Shown here: piece after piece, positions 56,947 through 64,000 of the stretch
Layout of the letters: each line of letters begins with the position of its first letter
Position numbering within the stretch: the stretch's first letter is position 1
Made by a program: the position numbers and the translations under genes
IMG/VR virus record: IMGVR_UViG_3300045961_000282
Coordinates: 142,258-206,257 of that record
DNA length: 64,000 nt
Direction: 5' to 3' (one strand)
The notes under the pieces: model-generated
Database searches by the model: none
Told to the model about the DNA's origin: nothing
What the model saw: the letters and a program-made list of their open reading frames with translations, nothing else

Positions 56947-57926
56947 GCGCCATGGATGTTTTGCATGGAAAAATCAGGCTCAAGGAGTTCTACACGACCG
57001 ACGCCGGGGCCATGCTGTGCCTCGCGATGGCCGACGTGGCCACGCTGCGCCTCGACCCCCACCGCGTCGACCGGACGTGGCAGCAGGTCATCGACCGAGC
57101 CGACCCGGAGAACACCGACCCCGACCACGACCTCAAGATCGCCGCCGGGTTCCGGGACAACTTCGTGCGGCACATCGACTTCGCGACGCCCTTCTGGGTC
57201 TCCGAGCAGATGGCCAACCTCACGATGCACGCTGCGTCGAGCCGGGAGTCGGGGATCGTCTCGATCGAAGACTTCCCCACCCAGCACGGGTTCGTATGGT
57301 TCGACAAGCCCCTCGTGCTGGAACTGCTCGATCCCGACGGGAAGACCGAGACGCTGAGCATCAAGATCTTCACGTGGCGGCTGGGCACCAACGTCTACGG
57401 ACAGCCCGGGATGGCACTGACCTACTGGAGCCAGACCGGCCAGCACATCGACACCCTCGGGCAGTACCTGCGCGCGACCGGGCAGCGCCCGTTCGTCAAG
57501 GCCGGTCCGTACGTCGTGGCCCAGCAGGGGTTCCTCACCTTCGGCACCGAGCAGGAGAACCCCACGTGGTGGGAGCAGTTCGCCGCGACGTTCGTGCACC
57601 TGATCGATCAGGAGATCCCCAACCTGTCCGAGGCGAAGCCCGACAAGAAGATGACCCGGTTGGTCAACCGTTCCAAGATCAACCTCAACCCCGTCATCGT
57701 CGTGACGCTGCGGCACCAGAAGGCGGACCCGACGCGGATCGGGACGGGGACATCCCCCGGCGTCCGGGTACTAGTGGGTGCCACTACCGGCGGCTTCTGG
57801 CGGAGCCAGCCCTGCGGACCCGGCGGAACCCAGCGGAAGAAGATCTGGATCATGCCCTTTTGGAGGGGTGCGGAGGATGCTCCCATCGTCTGGCGGCATG
57901 ACGTGATCTACCGGTGGGCACGCTGA
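56943..57926 (+). CDS. Phage protein with C-terminal G(F/H)WRxQxxG..RK.IWI.P..RG motif
   Basis: Motif recalled from phage proteins; GTGA coupling. Confidence 0.75.
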   Translation: MSAMDVLHGKIRLKEFYTTDAGAMLCLAMADVATLRLDPHRVDRTWQQVIDRADPENTDPDHDLKIAAGFRDNFVRHIDFATPFWVSEQMANLTMHAASSRESGIVSIEDFPTQHGFVWFDKPLVLELLDPDGKTETLSIKIFTWRLGTNVYGQPGMALTYWSQTGQHIDTLGQYLRATGQRPFVKAGPYVVAQQGFLTFGTEQENPTWWEQFAATFVHLIDQEIPNLSEAKPDKKMTRLVNRSKINLNPVIVVTLRHQKADPTRIGTGTSPGVRVLVGATTGGFWRSQPCGPGGTQRKKIWIMPFWRGAEDAPIVWRHDVIYRWAR

Positions 57927-58032
57927 TGAAACTAACCTTCGACGCTTACAGGAAGACGCTCGGAACCTCGCGGTACACAGCCGAACGCATCATCGACGAG
58001 CACCTCGCTAGGCTCGGTAGGATAGGCCTATC

Positions 58033-60012
58033 ATGACCATCTACCCAGACCCCCCAGTGTGGTGGTCCGACGCGGAGAGTCTCGTCGCCGCGTCGGACCC
58101 CTCATTCGCCTCCCGCGCCCCGCAGGCCGAGGCCGCCCGGCTGATCGGTGAGGCCTTCACGACGAAGACGCACGCCGCCATCGACGCGCCCGTCGGGCTC
58201 GGAAAGTCGATGGCCTGCCTCGTTGCCGCGGAGAACGCCAAGGGCCGGACCGTGATCTCCACGGCCACCCGTGCCCTGCAGGAGCAGTTGCGCAGCATCG
58301 ACATCCCGGCGCTGCAGGACGCGGGCGTGCTGACCCGCAGCGTCGTCGTGCTCGATGGCCGCAGCCGGTGGGCCTGCCAAGCCCGCGCCGTCCATGAGTT
58401 GGACCGGATCAGCAAGCCCGGGCAGAAGGTCATCCGTGAGGTGCTCAAGCACCTGCGGGCCAACCCGGAGGAGGCCCGACGGGAAGACATCCCGGTGGCC
58501 ATCCCGGACTGGGTATGGTCACGGATCTGCTCGGACACCGACGCCTGTGGCGTGTTGGGCTGCAAGGACGGCGGCACCGCATGTGCGTACACCCGCCAGC
58601 GCAACGCCGCCCGCGCGGCGGACATCGTCATCGTCAACCACCACGTGCTGCTGGCCGACGCGGCGATCAAGGCGGGGGACCCCGTGTCGTGGGGCCTGCG
58701 CCCGGCGGAAGAGGACGACCGGCCGCGCGCGGGTGTGCTGGGCGCGTTCGCCAACCTCATCATCGACGAGGCCCACGCACTGGAGTCCGCCTGTGAGTCC
58801 TTCGGCGAGCACCGGGTGACCATCCGAGGAATCCAAGCACTGGCCACCCGAGTCTCGCGGTTGGAGATGTCCGGGGCAGCGACGCGGAGTCTCGGTGAGT
58901 GCCTCGACGAACTGCGGATCGGCATGATGGGCCTGCCGCAGAACTGCCTGATCATGCCCGCCGGGGACACGAAGCCGATCTTCGCCCAAGCCGCCGAGGC
59001 CGCCAAGCGCGCCGGGGAGCAACTGCGCCACAGCGGAGCGGCGTCCTTCGAGAGCAACGTCAGCGTGGAGATCGTGGTCAAGGCCTGCTTCTCACTGGCC
59101 CGCAAGTTGGAGGCCATCGACGAGGCGGTGCGCACCGGCAAGGACGAGTTCGGCCCGCGGGCGCCGTCCGCCGACGACACGGGGATCATCTCCCAGTTGG
59201 TCGACGCCTCCGGGTGGTTGCAGCGCAACCTGTTCTCCTGCGTCACCACCGTCGCGATGAGCGGGACGCTGGCCGTGCCGAGCAACCGGGACTGGGTGAC
59301 CCACCGGATCGGACTGTCGGCGCCGGTCGCCATGCTGCCCACCGTCTTCGACCTCGAGAACCAGCGGCTGGTGTACGTCACCCCGCGGGTCGAGGTCCCC
59401 GCGGCGGCCTCGGCGCGCAGCACCGACGCGGATGTCGCCGAGATCAAGGACCTCATCGACGCCTCCTCCGGGCGGGCGCTCGTATTGTTCCCGGCGATGA
59501 CCGACCTGAAGTACGTCCACGAGCGGCTGAAGATCGAGCACACCCTGCTGGCGCAGGGGATCACGATGGACCCGCACGCCGACACCAAGTCCGGCGACCC
59601 GGTGCGGATGAGCAACGCCGAACTGGCCCGCCGGTTCCGTGAAGACACCTCCTCCGTGCTGCTGGCGACGCGGAGTTTCTTCGAGGGGGTCGACTTCCCC
59701 GGCGACACCTGCTCGATGGTGATCGTCGTTCGGTTCCCCAACCTGCGACCCGATGAGCCGCTGACCCTCGCGCGACGCAAGCACATCGAGGCCAAGGGCG
59801 GCAACGCATGGCGGGACTATCAGGAGCCCGCCATGCAGTTGGTGTTCCGACAGGCCTGTGGCCGCGCCATCCGACGCACCACCGACCGCGGCGTGGTGGC
59901 CGTGCTGGACCCCCGCTGCAAGACCAAGGGCTATGCCGTCACCGCACTGCGGGCACTGCAGCCCTCCGACTTCACCCACGACATGGATCGGGTGCGGGCT
60001 TTCCTGTCCTGA
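58033..60012 (+). CDS. dinG: DinG/YoaA-family Fe-S ATP-dependent helicase
   Basis: Q motif RAPQ, APVGLGKS, TRALQEQL, Cys cluster, IIDEAH, SGT, FEGVDFPG, QACGRAIR. Confidence 0.92.
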   Translation: MTIYPDPPVWWSDAESLVAASDPSFASRAPQAEAARLIGEAFTTKTHAAIDAPVGLGKSMACLVAAENAKGRTVISTATRALQEQLRSIDIPALQDAGVLTRSVVVLDGRSRWACQARAVHELDRISKPGQKVIREVLKHLRANPEEARREDIPVAIPDWVWSRICSDTDACGVLGCKDGGTACAYTRQRNAARAADIVIVNHHVLLADAAIKAGDPVSWGLRPAEEDDRPRAGVLGAFANLIIDEAHALESACESFGEHRVTIRGIQALATRVSRLEMSGAATRSLGECLDELRIGMMGLPQNCLIMPAGDTKPIFAQAAEAAKRAGEQLRHSGAASFESNVSVEIVVKACFSLARKLEAIDEAVRTGKDEFGPRAPSADDTGIISQLVDASGWLQRNLFSCVTTVAMSGTLAVPSNRDWVTHRIGLSAPVAMLPTVFDLENQRLVYVTPRVEVPAAASARSTDADVAEIKDLIDASSGRALVLFPAMTDLKYVHERLKIEHTLLAQGITMDPHADTKSGDPVRMSNAELARRFREDTSSVLLATRSFFEGVDFPGDTCSMVIVVRFPNLRPDEPLTLARRKHIEAKGGNAWRDYQEPAMQLVFRQACGRAIRRTTDRGVVAVLDPRCKTKGYAVTALRALQPSDFTHDMDRVRAFLS

Positions 60013-60188
60013 TCCCCCTATCCTCATAGCCGCAGCCCCGACGGGAACTCGACCCCCCGTCGGGGCTGTTTGCTGTGCACCGACGGGGAGCCCGGAGCCC
60101 CGGGAGCCTCAGGAAGTTTATTTATAAGCCGATCCCCAAAAGCATACTAATATGCTTTTGGAGGGAGATCAGGATCCTGATATCCATC

Positions 60189-60237
60189 CATGTCACCGCA
60201 TGTCCGTCCCATGTCACCTCCATGTCACTGCCATGTC
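60189..60237. repeat. Five phased CATGTC direct repeats
   Basis: Starts at 60189, 60199, 60210, 60221, 60232. Confidence 0.8.
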
Positions 60238-60413
60238 AGCGGCACTGCTGAGCACAAGACCCGGACAACTCGGACATCTGATGTAAGAGAAGTTATGGAG
60301 TACGTATGTGTATGCCCGGGCTGGGACGTCCTGTGTCCCCCAAAACCATACGAACCCGTGAGGAGACCCGAGAAGTTTTAGAAGTTTTTAGATCCGGCCC
60401 GGCACAGCCAGTC

Positions 60414-60803
60414 CTATGTAGCCGACTCGTCGAAACGGGTCGCAGAACTTTCCCGGTACACCACCGAGGCGTTGCGGGCCCGGGACTGCTCGGCCAGATG
60501 CCGAGGATTGACGCAGCGCCGATGGGCGCAGCCGGGCCCGCCGGAACAGGTGCCGCGGGCAAGGGCCGCCTCGTGGCACAGGTGCCCGACGGTCATCCCC
60601 TCGGCGAGGTCGCGGCCCAGCCACGCCACCAGTGCGACGCGGTGCGCAGGAACGGGGCGGCCGTGGGCGGTGACCGAACCATATCCGTCCGAGTCCCGGC
60701 GGCCCATCCACCAGTGGCACCCACCTGCTGAGTCCGGCAGAACCCGAACATTCCATCGGTTCGCCACCACCCATTGGGCCTCGAGCAAGAGGAGGGATGG
60801 CAT
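60414..60803 (-). CDS. HNH-like (His-Cys) endonuclease
   Basis: GCHWW.G..DGYG, AHRVA, VGHLC...CVNPRHL....N. Confidence 0.8.
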   Translation of the reverse strand: MPSLLLLEAQWVVANRWNVRVLPDSAGGCHWWMGRRDSDGYGSVTAHGRPVPAHRVALVAWLGRDLAEGMTVGHLCHEAALARGTCSGGPGCAHRRCVNPRHLAEQSRARNASVVYRESSATRFDESAT

Positions 60804-60993
60804 GCGAACCATACTATCAGATGTCTGGGATGTCTGTCAGATCTGATGACCTGCTCGGGCCCGGGAGAACCAAACCGAACCCTCAACGAAACTCTAAACG
60901 TCTAGTTGACAGTTAGACTTTTTCCACATACAATTTCATGTAACAAGGACACACTTGTCCAATGACCATCAACACGAAAGAAGGAACGATGTC

Positions 60994-61596
60994 ATGAAGC
61001 CGACACCGACCCTGTCTGCCGCCACGACCGCGCGCCTGAAGGCCGCCCACGAGGCACGACGGGAGTACGAGCCGGGCCTGCTGGCCATCGTGGTCGCCCT
61101 GCGCGAGGCCGGGTGGCCCCTGCAGTCCATCGCCGAGCCGCTGGGCGTCAGCCGCGAGATCGTGCGCGTCTGGCAGCGCAAGGCCGCCGACCTCACCGAC
61201 CTGCCGCGGGTCTCCGTGGAGTCCCCGCCGGACTACGTGACCAAGGAGGAGATCTACTCCGAAGAGGTCGAGATGCGCCGCCGGGCCCGCGACGAGCGGG
61301 AGCGCCGGGCCCTCGAGGCCGCCCTGCCCAAACTGAAGGCACTGAAAGCCGATGCCGAGGCCCTGCGCGGCCCCAGCCGCCACGACCCGGTGAAGTCCTC
61401 CGCCAGCCGCGAGTACACCGACCTGCTCAACGCCACGCTGGCCAAGGGCGTACGAACCCGGGTGCTCGCCGAGGCACTGGGCATCAAGGAGATCACCATC
61501 CACGCCCGCCTGCGCCGCGGCGGCTACCGCAAGATGGCGCCCTCCGAGAGCCGCCCGGCATGGGCCCACCACGTGTATGTCAAGGAATCTGCGTGA
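60994..61596 (+). CDS. Double-HTH DNA-binding protein
   Basis: GWPLQSIAEPLGVSREIVR and LAEALGIKEITIHARL. Confidence 0.75.
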   Translation: MKPTPTLSAATTARLKAAHEARREYEPGLLAIVVALREAGWPLQSIAEPLGVSREIVRVWQRKAADLTDLPRVSVESPPDYVTKEEIYSEEVEMRRRARDERERRALEAALPKLKALKADAEALRGPSRHDPVKSSASREYTDLLNATLAKGVRTRVLAEALGIKEITIHARLRRGGYRKMAPSESRPAWAHHVYVKESA

Positions 61597-61747
61597 GCAC
61601 CGAACCTGAGGTGCTCGAATGCAACATCTGCTTCACGCTCATCCAGCGCGAGAGCATCGAGAAGCACCGGTACTGGCACCGGATGAGCGGCTCACCGATG
61701 GGGCTGCAGTTGTACCTGTCCCAGTTCAACATCGACGGGGAGCCGTG

Positions 61748-62023
61748 ATGACCCCGGACGAAGCCCGACGGGAACTGGGCCTCGCCCTCACCCGCGCCCG
61801 CCGCGCCCGGACGAAGACCACGGGCGGGTTCGGCGATCAGTTCGACCCGGGGCTGGTGGTGATGATCACCGAAGAGGTGGCCCTCGCCCTACTGGCCGAC
61901 GGGAAGCACCGCGCCATACCGATGCCGGTGGACACCTACAAGCCCGGCCCGGTGGGGGTCTGCGCCAAGTGCGGCGCGGCGCTGAAGGACTGGACGGTCC
62001 ATCTGCGGTGGTGGCAGCGGTGA
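61748..62023 (+). CDS. Hypothetical protein with C-terminal C2H-type motif
   Basis: Coupled to small ORF 61593-61748. Confidence 0.6.
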   Translation: MTPDEARRELGLALTRARRARTKTTGGFGDQFDPGLVVMITEEVALALLADGKHRAIPMPVDTYKPGPVGVCAKCGAALKDWTVHLRWWQR

Positions 62024-62337
62024 GCCGGTTCACGATGACCGATGCCGACGGGGAGATCATCGCGCTGGTCACCGTCACCGACTCCGGCTGGCCGCGGCGC
62101 TGGTACGCCACCGACGGGGATTCCGAGTGGGCCGGACGGGCGCCGACGAGGATGGTCGGGCTCGTCGTCGCGCTGCGCCATCTACGGCACCGGTCGCGCA
62201 CGTGGGCATTCGGGCAATACCTGCGCACCATAGGAATAGTGCTCGGTGTCGGAGTCAGGCAGTGGCACCGGGAGAACCAGCGGATGTTCACCCTTGAGCC
62301 CGGATCAGCCACCGACGGGGATAGGTTGATCCGGTGA
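62020..62337 (+). CDS. Hypothetical protein
   Basis: GTGA coupling. Confidence 0.6.
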   Translation: MSRFTMTDADGEIIALVTVTDSGWPRRWYATDGDSEWAGRAPTRMVGLVVALRHLRHRSRTWAFGQYLRTIGIVLGVGVRQWHRENQRMFTLEPGSATDGDRLIR

Positions 62338-63395
62338 GCATCGACCGAGACCGCATCGAGCGGATCTGCGCCGCGCGCTTCCCGATGTGGGCGACGATGG
62401 GGGAGAAGACCAAGGATCAGTACCGACGGCAGGCGGAGTTCTGGACCGAAGCCGTCGATCAGGCCGACGCGGATACCGCAGACCAGTGACCCCCCAGCCC
62501 GCCCCGGTGTACGTCCGCTGCCCGGCATGTGCCGTCATCGCCGTGTGTCCTGTCACCTTCACCGGCAAGGGCCCCCAGATCACCGTCACCGTCGACACCG
62601 AACCGTGGCGCACCCACGCCGAGGCATGCCGCGGGCTCGCCAACGGGCTCCCTGACACCCCCTGAACACCTCCAAACAACGAAATACCCGTTACCCGCCC
62701 GTGGCCGTATGCCACTTTTCGTCGTTTGCCCCCGGCTGGAACAACGGAAACTGTAGCCCCAGCAACGGAAACCGTAGGCCCTCCCACCACTCCACCACCC
62801 CCATCACCGCCCCCATCCGACGCGGATTGACCCCCGATCTGTGCTCCACAGCCCCTGTTCTGCGGGTTCCGCTTGACATTTGACAAGTGGCCGATAGGCT
62901 CGGCACCAACGCCCCCGGGTGCCGAGGGGATCGGGAAGTAATAGGATTGCCGCTCCCTCTACATCTGAGCCCCCACTGCACCGGCTGCACCCACTGGTGC
63001 TAGGAACCCATAGCCCCTAGGACCAACTGCACCCATTGAACCAACAGCCCCTCAGATCTTAGATCTGGGGGGCTTAGATCTATGGGTGCAGTTGGTGCAG
63101 TAGGTCCTACGGTGCAGTTGGTGCTGTTGTTCCTGTTGGTCCCGTGGGTACTAGGTACCTAGATCCTATGGGGGGTGTCAAGCGATGTCAACCAACCGAC
63201 GCGGATTGAGTTTCCGCGGTACCCAAGTACCTGAGTGGCGGGGATGTCCCGGGAGATCTCCGGGTGTGCATCTCGACCGAACCATACGGGATATGGTTCA
63301 CATTACGGGCCCCAGTAAATACCCACCCGCCCCGGCCGACGCCGACATTTCCCGGCACCCCCGCACCCGGGGTCCAGCATTTCTGGGATCGGCCG

Positions 63396-63668
63396 TCAGC
63401 CGGGATTCTGGATTCCCGCTTCCAATACGGCCATCAACACTTCCTCCACCGGCACATTCAGGGCATCGGCTGCTATTTCCGCCAGCGCTGCGGCGACAAA
63501 TGCCTGCGTCACCACGAATTCCGCCGCACTGTTGCCCACGATGGCCTCCCCCGCCTTGGTCCCCAGTGCCCGCAGGCGCTCCAGCGGGGCCCCCTCCTTG
63601 TGGTCGATCACCCCCGCCACCAGCGCCACCGCAGGGCCCACCAGCGGCAGATTGGGCATCTGAGCCAC
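63396..63668 (-). CDS. Hypothetical protein
   Basis: Plausible ORF downstream of the HNH gene. Confidence 0.55.
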   Translation of the reverse strand: MAQMPNLPLVGPAVALVAGVIDHKEGAPLERLRALGTKAGEAIVGNSAAEFVVTQAFVAAALAEIAADALNVPVEEVLMAVLEAGIQNPG

Positions 63669-63746
63669 GTTTCCCGCCTCTCAGGCCCCCACAGGGCCCC
63701 TCACGGCCCCTCTGGGCCCCTTCCGTCCCCCTCCTGCCCCCCGTTC

Positions 63747-64000
63747 CTACTGCCCCAGCCGCTGCGCCCTGCCCCGTCCCTGCTCCTCCTTCTGGGTGGC
63801 CCGGATCACCATCCCCCCCGCCGTCAGCCAGCACCACTGCCCCCGATACGCCACCATCACGCTTTCCGGTTCCTCGCTTTGTTTCACCAGCCACCCCATT
63901 TCCATGGCCTTCCCCCTATTCCCCTCGATCCACCCATGGCACCCCGTCGTCCCACTGCCGCACAGCATCAACAGATTCTCCGGCACATCCTCCTTCTCCG
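63747..64000 (-). CDS. HNH-like endonuclease (5' end outside the window)
   Basis: PENLLMLCGSGTTGCHGWIE...GWLV. Confidence 0.75.
   Translation of the reverse strand, partial: EKEDVPENLLMLCGSGTTGCHGWIEGNRGKAMEMGWLVKQSEEPESVMVAYRGQWCWLTAGGMVIRATQKEEQGRGRAQRLGQ

Noticed and set aside
1-64000. Stop-codon recoding, reverse transcriptase, retron or DGR
   Set aside because: Recognisable genes are intact in code 11 and end with TGA, TAG or TAA; no RT motif or TR/VR pair seen

Overview
High-GC segment of a large tailed bacteriophage (or prophage/phage-plasmid), most likely infecting Actinomycetota. Evidence: intein-containing terminase large subunit, WhiB, Lsr2, DUF5679, six HNH-type endonucleases, PNK-type phosphatase, DinG helicase, MoxR AAA+/VWA pair, an MmeI-like type IIL restriction-modification fusion, a D12-type adenine methylase, tRNA-Trp and tRNA-Cys. 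No capsid, tail or integrase genes were recognised. Most of the window is dozens of short, self-contained transcription units (sigma70-like promoter, A/C-rich leader ending in GAAAGGA, small ORF, hairpin). Main unexplained signals: (1) two over-represented asymmetric DNA motifs, GCGCGACCGG and TATGGTTCG, found in genes and as a composite intergenic element; (2) promoters whose -35 box sits in a hairpin loop; (3) several candidate structured RNAs, including a ~520-nt one at 14.7-15.2 kb and a kissing-loop three-way junction behind tRNA-Trp; (4) a free-standing degenerate intein/LAGLIDADG gene next to the mini-intein terminase; (5) four divergent WGR-like paralogues interleaved with the MoxR/VWA pair; (6) a gene apparently starting at ATC. 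Family assignments come from motifs recognised by eye, with no database searches, and all motif counts are manual.
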